Program-made: the position numbers and the translations under genes | The notes under the pieces: generated by a model | What the model was told of the DNA's origin: nothing | Database searches by the model: none | What the model saw: only the letters and a program-made list of their open reading frames with translations | Shown: piece after piece, positions 43,901-55,900 of the stretch | Numbering within the stretch: position 1 is the first letter of the stretch | How the letters are laid out: the number at the start of each line of letters is the position of its first letter | NCBI RefSeq assembly: GCF_000150275.1 | Contig: NW_002060944.1 | Span: 2,270,152 to 2,334,151 of the forward strand | Length of the DNA stretch: 64,000 bases | From: Trichoplax adhaerens | Lineage: Eukaryota > Animalia > Placozoa | Direction: 5' to 3'

Positions 43901-45392
43901 TCCTAAATGTTTACTATTTACATTTTAATAATTGTACCATCAGAAAAATTAGAATAAATATGCACAGTATAATACCCACATTTTATAAATCCTGCATAAG
44001 ACAAATTATTACGGCATTATATCACCATACTAAAAGTTATGTTAGTCTTACTTTTGCCGCATTTACTATTTATATATTAATTCTGAAAGAAATACAGACC
44101 ATCGCTGCGTTCGTAAAAGTTCAATACAGTATAGGCCAAGAATACTAGACAGCAACTAGTTTAACTAGCATTATTTTTAATTCAAAGCCATTTAATGTCG
44201 CGGATACAGTATTTGTAAGTTAGGATTAGTAACGTATCTAAATAGTATAAGATGTATGTTTACTAAATCAAGTGAATAAATAAATATCTAAATACTGGTT
44301 AACGGAAAACCTAAAGCTGAACCTTAATAGAGTCTGTGCATTTTACTGTTACCGTGTACTAATACAGTAGTACAGTAGTTCTACAAACATTATCAATATT
44401 ACATTATTACAAACCGTACAACGTTAACACAGTCAGAATGGGCTGGAAAGATCTCTTTTATTTTTCTGTGAGTAATGCAGTCAAAAATAAGGATAGATCG
44501 TCTCTCGCATGCAGCGAGAAGGCATGAGCTTTAAGTTAAAATATTTAAAAGAAAATTAGTTTTCTAGTCACTAGATTACCGATATTGTCAGAATATCATC
44601 TATAATACAGTAAGGGCTACATTTTTATTAATAACAATATAGTAATAATCATTATATTAGAGTCAGCAACAATAATCAACATCCAAAATCCACTCCAGTT
44701 ACTCCGATCCTTTTATCCCTTATACATGTACAATTGTACATCCTGCTACATTACTGAGTCTTACTTTATCAAATTGAAATTTACCCGTCAGGATTAAATT
44801 CGACATTAAATATTGAGTTACGATCATAGCCGCATTCCCCATTCGATATTACTGATCTAAAGCTTTTAAATTCTCGATAAAGGTAAGGCTTGATAGATCT
44901 CTAATAAAACGGAACGTCAAGATTATAATCGAAATTTACGCTTGCTGCACGTAAAAGTTATTTAGTTGTAGATGTAGATAATAAATAGAATCATCAGAAG
45001 AATATCATATAATATAAATTATTTTGGGTAACAACGTAATCTGCTGACACTGATTTTGCAGTACTCGTGAGGTGTAGTACACATTTATTAGATTTCAAAT
45101 TTTATCACTACTTCTACAGTACCTCCTACAACGTGCAGCCCTATAGTACTGTACAGTATACTGTATAACTACATGCGAAAATTCATAACTTAGTGCTTGT
45201 AATACATTTACTCTTTAGTACAATATCACCTAAGGCAGTTAGTTTATCCAGAGTTTATGGACAAAGCTAAGTTATTACCATAATTTTGTAGTGCTAATCC
45301 GACGTACTCGTATATAATAACTAGTATAACAAAAATCCTACATCTCGACTGTTTGGAATGTAATAGCAATACGGAACAGGATCTCCTAACAT
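40922..45392 (-). CDS. DCAF10: DDB1- and CUL4-associated factor 10 (WDR32), WD40 repeat protein; start codon tentative
   Basis: SIFNVEFNPDG, AHSDCVNVVR|FLDNRLFISCSD|DYTIAVWDFR, GH|RNWVKSIEY...LITSGFD, YIKEISFGADGQVICSPYGFG, IASGGLDGNVIFHEPKIT*. Confidence 0.88.
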
Positions 45393-45819
45393 TTGTACAC
45401 TCTCCAAGAATAATAATAATTAATACGTGTACTGTATTTGTCAGGTCTAACTGTATATCATCATACGAGTATAATGCTAGTCGCACACTTTTCAATGCAA
45501 GTGCACAATAATGTCAACTCCGTCTTGTTATTTACAGTTAATAGGATAAATGCGAGAATTATTTACACTTAGTCTATCTCCGCGTTCACGAATTTTTAGG
45601 TAATTCGCAAGCATTTTACAAGACGTCAAAACCAGGTGCGGCGTACAAACACTGATTCTGTTTGCTTGACCTGCCAAAGTTGATCGTCCCACCAAAAGAA
45701 AGACACGGTGCAACACTAGTGCAACACTCTGCACAATGTTATTGTTCAATCTTAAGGCCTTAAACCATTAAAAGTCAATTAAGTGACTTAAAACGCACCT
45801 TTTAAGACTCATCGAACAC

Positions 45820-46200
45820 TATAGTGTACAGTACGGTAATGAAAATTCCCCTACTAGTAACATCCAGCTTTTGGATATTGATACTACTGTATATTCGTAC
45901 TGTACTGTATGTACTGTATTAGTAACAGTATTACATTTACTGTACATTTTTACATTACATTTAAAAAAGAAGCAGGATTTTACTGTACTGTACTGTAAAT
46001 TGTAAAGTACTCAGTGAAATGTACTGTAAATTGTACACAGTACATACTGTACTGTACAGTACAGTACAGTACTGTACGGTAATGAACTATCATACTGTAC
46101 TGTACAGTACTGTACAGTACACCCTTTACAAACTCAATTGTCATCCCCTGAGTACAGTGTACTGTAGTGTACAGTACAGTACCGTACTGTATATTCACGT
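45820..46200. repeat. Pentamer array upstream of DCAF10
   Basis: tactgtactgtacagtacagtacagtactgtac; tactgtactgtacagtactgtacagtac. Confidence 0.9.
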
Positions 46201-47511
46201 ACAGACGGATCTCAAGCAAACCTCAAGTCGTGTCTCCCACTCCCAGAAAATCATCCAGAGCCAGGAAGAAGCCTCTAAAACTCATCGAAACTCTAGTAAC
46301 ACACCAGCCATAGTACACGCATAAATCTATACTTCATCTAGTCTATATTCAGTAACTGTTTATGCATGGCGATAGCAGACCTATCCATATCTTAACCAGG
46401 AGATGTAACATAATGAACTATCGTATCAACCCTATAGCACCGTACGTACATTCACGTACGGTGAACTGTGCATCGCGATACAGATGTGTCATGTGTATGT
46501 ATCGTATTATCATATAAACTCAAGAATTAGAAGTAAAGTGCATATGAATAAATATCTATGTATATCCTGAACACGCTCAGTCTTCTTGCTTCTCTCTCTA
46601 TAAGATACTAATATCTATCTTATCCTCTACATATCGGAAGCATCCTTTGCGAGTATACCATCCGCTAACACTACAGAGTACAGCTCAGGAGCATTTCGTA
46701 ACTTCCTTCTTCCTCCACTGAATTATACTATGTTCTGTTGAGACTTGTGAGTAAACCTGGATGCATTCCCTACTTGAGACCATAGAGGTTAGGAAAGAAC
46801 CTCTACCACAGTTCGACATAAAATTTCACGCCATATTTGTGCAGTAACTTTTATTATAAAACTTTACGTTTTACCTGTAAACATAGAAATATGACAGAAA
46901 GCCTCCATGGCTGTAACTAACCGATTTCATCAATGCTGGTTAATCAAATTTTAAGAGGTTTCAATTGCCTCGATATTATTCAAAACACTGATTACTCAAG
47001 CATAAAAGAATAGCATGTCAAAAGAGTAACCGCTTCTTGTTTAGTCATGAAATATAATCGTACTTAAGAAAAAACATAGTTCGCTGTGAATTTTGTGTTT
47101 ATTTCAAAAGAGAACGACATCCATGAAATGAGCAAAAAAGCAAACCAGAAATCTGTCATCATTGTTCGGCTATCTACAGTACATGCACGTACATTTATAT
47201 TTACTCAAGTACAGTAGCTATGAAATAACAACTAATGAATACTAAGATATAGCGAACGCAATTATCGGCAAATACGCAATTTCCGTTCAGGATTGTTAAG
47301 GAATATTTCAATTCTATTTTCATATACTATAGCTATCAGCACTGAATTCTAGAAGTCATGGCTATTACAATCAACTTTGCATTTATTACAGGAACTTTAC
47401 TAAATATCCATCCAATATCGACAAAGACGTCGGTTAAAGTTAACCAGCCAACTGTATGGGACCTCATTTGTAAAATTTTTAGAATACTTACTTTTCGATC
47501 CAGCGTTACCT

Positions 47512-49572
47512 TTATCCCTCATCTTCGTCCTCTAAAACCTCCTCGTCATACTCACCTTCACTCTGAGCAAAATAGTATCAGGAGGATTAATAATAAAATA
47601 CAATCGTGATTGGAGTTGAATCATAAATTTATAGCATAACAAACTTCAAAATCATCGTCTTCTAAATTTTCTTCGCTGCTATCATCCGATATTTTCTCTT
47701 TCTCCTTTTCTATTATTTGCTCAAGGTTACTTTCTTCTACGTCTTGGTCATTAAAGACGTCACGTCTATTATTTTCATCAACGGAATCTTGAAACTCTGT
47801 ATCTGTTGAAAGAAATATTGTATGATGGCATATCCAATAAAAAACTGTTACTACAATTCAATACATTTAAGTTGTTAACCTTCAGACTCATCATCTACAA
47901 CAACTACATCTTCATCATCCTCAATTTCAGCTTCCGCAGTATTCTGCAATATGAATCAGTGAAGCAACGCTATAAGAGTTTGTACTTGTATAGTAATACA
48001 AAGATAAAATTAAACGCAAACTTTTGGTATCTAAATTACAGATTGATAACTTACTATATAATACTGAAGTGGATTAGGAAAGATGTCATCTTTGATAACA
48101 TCACCAATGTCATCACCGTTTAATACGTGATCCTGACTTGAAAACCAAGAGAAAAAGCTCTTATAGTGATCTTCTCGTCTCCTCTTTGAGCCTGTCGTTA
48201 CAGTATTTTCAATAGCGGTAACATCCTGCAGTTAAATGATTCAAGACTGAGAGAAATAATAAACAGATATTGATTGCTACGGTAAATCAAGATTTCACCC
48301 TACCATGCCTTCCTTCCAATCGATTCGTGTACATTTTGTGCTTATAACATTGCCATCATCATTGTACTTAATAATGACATCCTTTTGAATTAACTTATTT
48401 CCTAAGTAAGGATTTTCGCTAAATTTCTAGGATATACGTATTAAAGTCAGTAATAAAAATAAATTAATTTAACTTTACAAGAAATGGACAAGTAGAGCAA
48501 TCGCACAAACTAACAAAAGTGATCCTATATCCTGATTTTATGTCCTCGTATTCCCGAACATCGATCGATTCCAAGTAACTGAGGACATCTTCGTCCTTTT
48601 CATTAATTAGACAGCCAATGGTAGGATGGCTTAACAACTAGGATATCACGGTAATAAACAAATACAAATTCTCAATTCTTTGAAAGAATTATTACGTCGC
48701 GTTGCATATCAAAATCGATATCCGACATCGTTCTGGATTAATTACCCGCGATTATAAACGCAAAACTGTAGACTCATTGCAGATTGTAGATATACAGCGA
48801 GGATAATCTCATCGTATTTAAAAAGAAAGAATAAATGATTTTTATTGCTTACTACTCATTAAGGTTAAGTGTAACCTACGAGCTTTAGAGAGTTCAGATG
48901 AAATGTCACTTTACTGCAGCAGTAAATCGATACAACTGGGCGGAATATCTTGTAAAGTAAGTGAGTGCCCTGCCATGTTTGCGAATAAAAGATAACTACT
49001 ACATTTTCATTCGTTTGCTAGACCCGTGATCAGTAAAAGCAAATTTGTGGACCAACCACAAAAAGACTAAGCAGTCAGTATAGTACAGTACCTTAACCAA
49101 TGGACACTTGCAGCGTAATGCAATGAATAATACAGTATCGTAGCTAGCTGCGTAAATATAATTGAACATGGCCGGAATCATCACAACGATGCACTGTACA
49201 CACACATCAACAGCAGTTAATCATAACGAGTACGTAGGTTAAAACTTTACGCTCAGTTGATACTTCACGAAGAATTTGCGAAACTATCCTTTTATATTTG
49301 TAATAACTTACGACAGTTATCCAAAAATGTGGAATCTTTTCAATCAGTTTCGCCCTTTTTAAGTAATAAGGTTCCCTAATTGTATTGTATTTTATTTCTA
49401 TTTGCAATATTTCGTCCGCTCCTCTTTCGTTTAAAGCCTCAATTTGAGATTGGATTAGTTCTATATTCTCTAACACTTCCTGATGTTCATAACAAACTTC
49501 TTCATAAGCTCCTACGTTACTATTATCTGATGGGGCATTACTTTTTAACACTTTCTTTGCGGGTTCTGCCAT
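47512..49572 (-). CDS. SET: SET/TAF-I (NAP family histone chaperone) with acidic tail
   Basis: QIEALNERGADEILQIEIKYNTIREPYYLKRAKLIEKIPHFW, DIKSGYRITF, FSENPYLGN, SFFSWF, FPNPLQYY, D/E-rich final exons, stop at 47512-47514. Confidence 0.9.
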
Positions 49573-49577
49573 GATAA

Positions 49578-49880
49578 CTACTGTACTGTAGAGTGTACGA
49601 GAGAAGTGAAGAGAGTATGTAACAAGTACAGTACACTTAAGCAATACTGGAAGTTGTGGACTGGACTACGGCACAGTACAGATTCCATATCTAAGCAGTC
49701 TGTAGTGCTGTACTGTACACTGCACAGTACAGCGTCAGTACAGTAGTTAATCGATAGTTACAGTGCACATGAACACTAGAGACCCTCTTATACTGTACTG
49801 TACTGTACAAGTAATTTGTAATTTGCAAAATTTTTACACACGACTGTACACTGTACAGTGTACACTGTGCAGCGTACAGT
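49578..49880. repeat. Pentamer array in the SET/NOXRED1 divergent promoter
   Basis: ctgtactgtacactgcacagtacag; tactgtactgtactgtaca; actgtacactgtacagtgtacactgtg. Confidence 0.85.
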
Positions 49881-50306
49881 ATTTGGTGCTATGGTAACCA
49901 AGATCATACCAAAACGACTGCTGTCTTTTCATTCTTTTTAATAACTCGTATTTCATACCCGTTTTTAATGTAATGATTTTTATTGTAACTTCGCTTTCGT
50001 ATACGTATTTCTTTTGTCACGTCGTGATACAGTTGAGGAGAGTACAGTAATACTAGCATATGCTGTATCTCACTATCGTGCTTGCGGGTGAGCATTTAGT
50101 TAACCAGATATCATCAAACTTTTGCTAAATTTTCATGTTCTTATTTATTTACGTATTTCATTTAAAGTCATTGAAGTAGATTGATTGATTGATGCCTAAT
50201 TTAAATATACAGTGAAAAGAGTTTATAAATACTGTTAAAAACGTGCAAATCTTACTTTTATCTTGTTATCTTAACGACGAATGTCATAGTAAAATAAAAG
50301 GAATAA

Positions 50307-51734
50307 ATGTCCCTAGAATCAGACATCACACGAAACTTACCTTCTCTGCAATTTCAATCAGCATTCGATGAAACTGATGGTCACTATTTACACCTTAGAA
50401 TAAGAAGTTATATACTAACTGTTGCAGCTTGTGCCCAGGCTACGTACTTTGTTAGCGTACTTAATGAATTACGACAAGTGGTATTGGAAGAATACTCCTC
50501 TAGAGTAGTTCATAGGCCCAGCAGTTCTCGGATTCTAAATACATCTATTCAGCGTGACCCAGTTAAAGTGGGAATTATTGGCTGTGGTAGACTTGGTAGG
50601 CAACTGGCCACCTCATTATTAGCTTTTGCAGGTGTTAGACCGGAAGAACTTTTTATTTCTACAAGAAGACCGGAGCTGTTACAGGATTTAGCTCAGCGAG
50701 GCGTTTGGTGCAGTTTTGATAATCAGTGCCTATGTAATAAGGTTAATGTGCTTTTTATATGTTGCCTACCGTCACAATTTGGCACTGTCGCAAAAGATAT
50801 ACAATCTTTTTTGCTATCGAATACGATTGTATATAGTCTAGTTGGTGCAACCACAATTGATAGAATTTTACAATCCTTACGATTCGATAACGTTATTCGT
50901 CCTGAATTTTCGTGGGCAACGAATGTAACAGAGAGAAACCTTGAAAAGCATTGGAATACTTCTAAAGATATTATTCAAGCACTTTATGATTCAAGAATAA
51001 TTGCTTCTTGTTGTCCTTTAAGTTTAAACAAAGAAGGTAAGTATAACAAACGCTATAAGCTACTACAATCATTATTATTTTGTGCTTTAGCAAGCATAAA
51101 TCGAAATAATTGAAAAATAAACTGACAATATCCGTATTTAATTATTTCGGATTTATCTCAGAAAAAGACACCAATATCATTTACGGAAATTTATATTTCT
51201 TTTTATACAGAAGATATAGTTAACACATCCGAGCAGTGGGCAGAAGTTATCATCATGGCATTCATCAATATGTGTACTGAACTGAAAGTTTCTAAAAATG
51301 ACTCCGTAAAATTATGTAATCAAATTATATTAGGATTGCAGGATAACAGCACAGAAGAACACGGATTTGTTATTGAAGATCTTCAAGCTGTAATTCCCAA
51401 CGATCAAATAATCTCAAAAGAGTAAGCAGATATAATTTGATTATAATGACTTAGAGTATCGATCCGAAGTTCTCGTATAACATATAACGATAAAAATTAT
51501 CTTAACAACAACTTTATTATATGTAGGGATAATATCACTTCTACAAACACAGATCGCAGCACAAAACTGTTCCCAATTTTTAACTTCAAATTAGCGTATT
51601 TCTCTCATACTCATATTGGATACAAAGTTTGTTATGAAGGAATTAGAAAGAATTTTATTAAGAATTTTAGCTCCAAGTTTGGGAAAGTAAAGGTTTGGAA
51701 AGGCTACCGATCCGAAAATTTAACAAAGAATTAG
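50307..51734 (+). CDS. NOXRED1: NADP-dependent oxidoreductase domain-containing protein 1 (P5CR-like Rossmann fold; 3 exons)
   Basis: N-terminal DITRNLPSLQF...LTVAACAQA, Rossmann motif VGIIGCGRLG, ISTRRPE, FICCLPSQ. Stop TAG at 51732-51734. Confidence 0.8.
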
Positions 51735-52540
51735 GATTCTCGCTTGATATGAGCTTTTTATTCGATAAATTTATAATTACAATTACTCGCGCTTCGTTAG
51801 GGTTCTGTAGGTCATTGATATAATAATGTACCCGTCCGTATTGATAATGAGATGAATTTTTATGCGGTATTTATACAATGTGTACCTTAAATTTACTCTA
51901 TACCATATTTCCTCGATATCAAATACTCAGTACAACATATGAGTATTCACGATAACTCCTAGAATATAATTTTCTTTGAAATTTGAGAGATTTCATGATG
52001 TTATAATGATTTCGTTCTTGCTTAATTAACATACGCGTATCTTATTATTATTTATAATTATTCGCTTATTATTTAGCATTATAATTTTATTTGTAATAAA
52101 TTGTACATATCTGCGTTCGATTTAGTATACGAGCTCGTATAAACTTTACTTTAATAACTGCTATTAGACCTTTCAAATCTGAAAAGAAATATGAAAAGGT
52201 CAGCCACCAACGACTTCTAGACTAGTAACGTTAGATGCACTTCTTACCTATGAACGTTGCTATGTAAATCGGGTAAATGGCAATATTTTGAAAGACTACA
52301 CTCAATGCTTGATTGTACTGTCTGTCGCACAGTACTGTATGATTGTCCGTGAAAAAAACTGGCAACAGATCGAGGCTATGAAAAATGTAGTGCATGCCAG
52401 AGTTATCTACGTATTACACGGTACAATACCTTTATCCAGTAATATAATTGATGGTACAGTAATATCATATTATTCAATAATAGTTATCGGAGTCTGTTTA
52501 CAACATAATATCACTGGAGGGAGATTAGCTTAACGATGAT

Positions 52541-52992
52541 ATACTGTACTGTATTGTATCACTTTTGCAATCTACAGCACTGTATAACTCAAATTTTTAC
52601 CATTTTCTACTTGGGTTGGCGCGACATCTTACTCTTTAATTGGCATAAAAAATCTGAATCATAGCCTGTATGCTGAGTATTTGAGATATCGAAATCAACA
52701 TCTACAGTGTACAGTACAGTACAGTATACAGCAGTACGTTTTTAATGAGCGAAACGGCGGGAATTATGAATCGAATGCAGAATACAAATAGTATTCTACG
52801 CATACTCAGTTCTGTGCAGCACTGTACTGTACAGTGTACATCAGTACACTGTACTGTACACTGTACAATGTTACAATCGTGGACAGATGAACTAGTGAAT
52901 TCTGGCTATACTGTAGTCAGTAGGCAAGCTTGGACCGTGACATATATACAGTAACGTACATATATAGAACACAGAACATAACCCTACTGTAC
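52541..52992. repeat. Pentamer array upstream of DHX9
   Basis: tacagtgtacagtacagtacagtatacag; actgtactgtacagtgtacatcagtacactgtactgtacactgtaca. Confidence 0.85.
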
Positions 52993-52996
52993 AATA

Positions 52997-55900
52997 ATGG
53001 CCACTGGGATTAAGAATTCTCTGTACGCCTACTGTGGAAAACAGAAAATCACTCCCAAATATACCGTGAAGGCATGTGGTGGAGGTTTTGTTAGCGAAGT
53101 GGGTATCACTTTAAATTGTAAAACTTCTAAAATCCAGCCATTGAAATAAGCATGAACTCTGCTGTACCTTCATAGTTTGACAGTCAATCGTAAGCAGCTT
53201 CATTCGTTACTTACACAAGTATAAATGTAAGCTCTGAAATGTACTTACATGCGTTTATCGTAAAGGCAGAGATAGTTCATGCCACATGATATTGAAAGAA
53301 ACAGAGAATGGTAAATTGTGCTTTACCGTGTAGCATTAGGTTGTGCAAGATTTGTATCTAGCGTAAAACTTCTTTTCAGTTTTCATCATAGAAGTAAATA
53401 AATTTTACCTCTATGATTTACACTACTCGGCTTATGTCAGCTAGACACTGTCTTTTTGCAGTGTTTTAAAAACCAAAACTCAATCTAATAGTAAGTTAAT
53501 CTTTCGCTATTAATAAGTCAGATATTACAGTAAATCCTTTTTTTGTCTCCATCGTTAATACTCGACGTACTTGCGAAGAAGTTAGTAATTACAAAAATTT
53601 CAATACATAGAAGCGTTCTATGATGTAACTTCGAAGACGTGAGAAAACCTGAAATTTTTTAGCCAATAGTGAAGTTTACTCGTACTCGTCGTACATTAAT
53701 TACACTCTGAGTCTAAAAATGTCAAAAAGCATATCAATACTAGATCATGACTTATTAAAGAGTCGAAATGATTTTTAACCCAAATTAATATTTCCACTAT
53801 TAGTTATTTAACAGGACTATGATGTTCTATAATATATTCACTTATGTTGCAGATAAATCTCTTAACTAAATATAAGTCAGTTACGTATATACAATAGAAC
53901 AGTGCGCCGCTTCCCAAGACCTGAGGATTATGCAACTATTACTGTTAAGACTCCGATAATGTCCTAGTGCTAAATATATCTGTGACGAAGGCTGCACAAG
54001 AATTCAATATGCACTTAGTCTCACTCATACAAAGCATTAAGGTCTAGAATGCTCACTACTGACCAAAATCGGAGATTATTGAACGCAATGATATTTTAAT
54101 GAAAACCTTTAAAAATTTTGTCATCGTACAGTATGTCGTTGTGCCGGCATCAAGAAGACAATAAAATTTATATTTTTCTTGTTGAGGGCATGCTCTAAAC
54201 GTATCATAACATGGATCTACTAGGACACCATGATCGCGATCAACACGCCACAACATCATCTAAAGACGTATCATAAAAATTAATTATATTCTTCAATCCG
54301 AAGCTGTCCTCCGTTTAACTTGCTTAAAATAAATTCCGTGAAGAATTTACCTTTAGTGCAAGTCAAACGAAGACATATGCGTACTGTAAAACTGAATCAC
54401 TTCAGTCTGCAAATAATTAAAAAAGCTGAATCTAAATATAAAGTGCAGCATAATTGTTATATTTTGGTTAGGTTCGTGTGGCTAATCATGACTATGTAGG
54501 TACAGGAGTAGCGAGAAACAAAAAGAGTGCACAAACAGCAGCCGCGCTTGATTTTTGTAGATATTTATCGAAAGAGAAATCAATTATAATTCCAGGAGCT
54601 GTTGATATTGAGGTATTGACTGTTGACTCTTTAATCAACTGTTAATAAATATAAGAAGAAATTTAGCTTATTAGCTCTTTCTCTGCGTAATGTATTTACA
54701 AGAACTCATCATGCCTTTAATGTCTCATGCACTAACCAGGATGACTACCCAAATATTGTATATCTTAAACTTTTGCATATTAATACAAGTATAAAAATGC
54801 GGTTTAAGATCGAAAAGTTGCTGCTTATTTAATAGATATCTGTAGGTAATTAATTTCGAATCATTTTCTACGTTCGGCTAACTTATTGAAATTGCGATGT
54901 AACGTTACGAAATCAAGAATAGTCCGCTTTTGCAACATGAAGATAGACCTTGCTACCAAGGTTAGCAGATAGCTAGTACTTTCCTAATAACCAATTGCCA
55001 AACTACCACCGACTCAGTCTACCTTGTTATTCTTGCTAAAAGATAAGAAGATCTGTAATCAAGACTCTGGATACGAACGTGTACTATCATCTAATAATAA
55101 AAGGAAGGCTGAACAGGTATAAGATGCATAGCGATGCGTAGATTATTTTGAACGGGAGAAGTGCAAATATTCGGCTAATGGAAGCTTTCTCTACTATCCT
55201 GGCTTCATTTTCTTAAGCTACTTGATGTCGATGTGTTGGAATCTCCCGACTTAGCCGTAAATGGTTACTGGACCTTGCATAATTCTCGTCCTCGTCTCAA
55301 TGAATACTTGCAGAAGAATAATTTATCAAACGATTTTAAATATTTCACGATCGGATCTGATGATGAGAAGTATTATATACTTTGGTTTATAACAAATTAA
55401 TAAATTTCTGTTCTGTAATTCTAATCAATGGATCTATATATATGTTACATTAAACATATATAAGACGTTTTAGAGCATCATTTTCAATATACATCGATAG
55501 TTTAGCTAAAGGTACTGTGGCATAAGTTCATAAATAATGTTTCTACATACTTTACTGTTGGAATAATCCCTTCTGATTGTAATTATAATACTTAGAAGTA
55601 ACTGCTGCTGAAACTGGTTTCACGAAGGAAGAGGCTGCTCAGTTATGCTGTTTGTCTGTAGTTCGGCAGTTATACTGTCTTAAAGAAATAGAATCTTACA
55701 CTCCAAGCAGAAAGTCTAAAGTTCGTATTCAAAGCCATGCATTAATTCTCCTCGTAGTATGTACTTGTTTACAGGTTTCTGCTACTCTTTAAGCATGCTA
55801 CAGTATGTATATGTATGTTTGTCGTTATACTTTCATTTTTTATGTACAAAAATATCATATTTTAATTTATGCAGATTAATCCTAGTGATCGTAATAGCGT

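Noticed and set aside
45980-46324. ORFs rich in YSTVQ/TVLY (also 7344-7565, 33240-33452, 52745-52954)
   Set aside because: These are translations of the pentamer repeat, which is stop-poor. No protein family is recognisable.
46290-46720. U3 snoRNA-like words on the minus strand (GAGGAAGA, CTGAGCGTG, GTGTGTTACTAGAG)
   Set aside because: Box A and a properly placed box C/D are missing, and the order and spacing do not fit U3.
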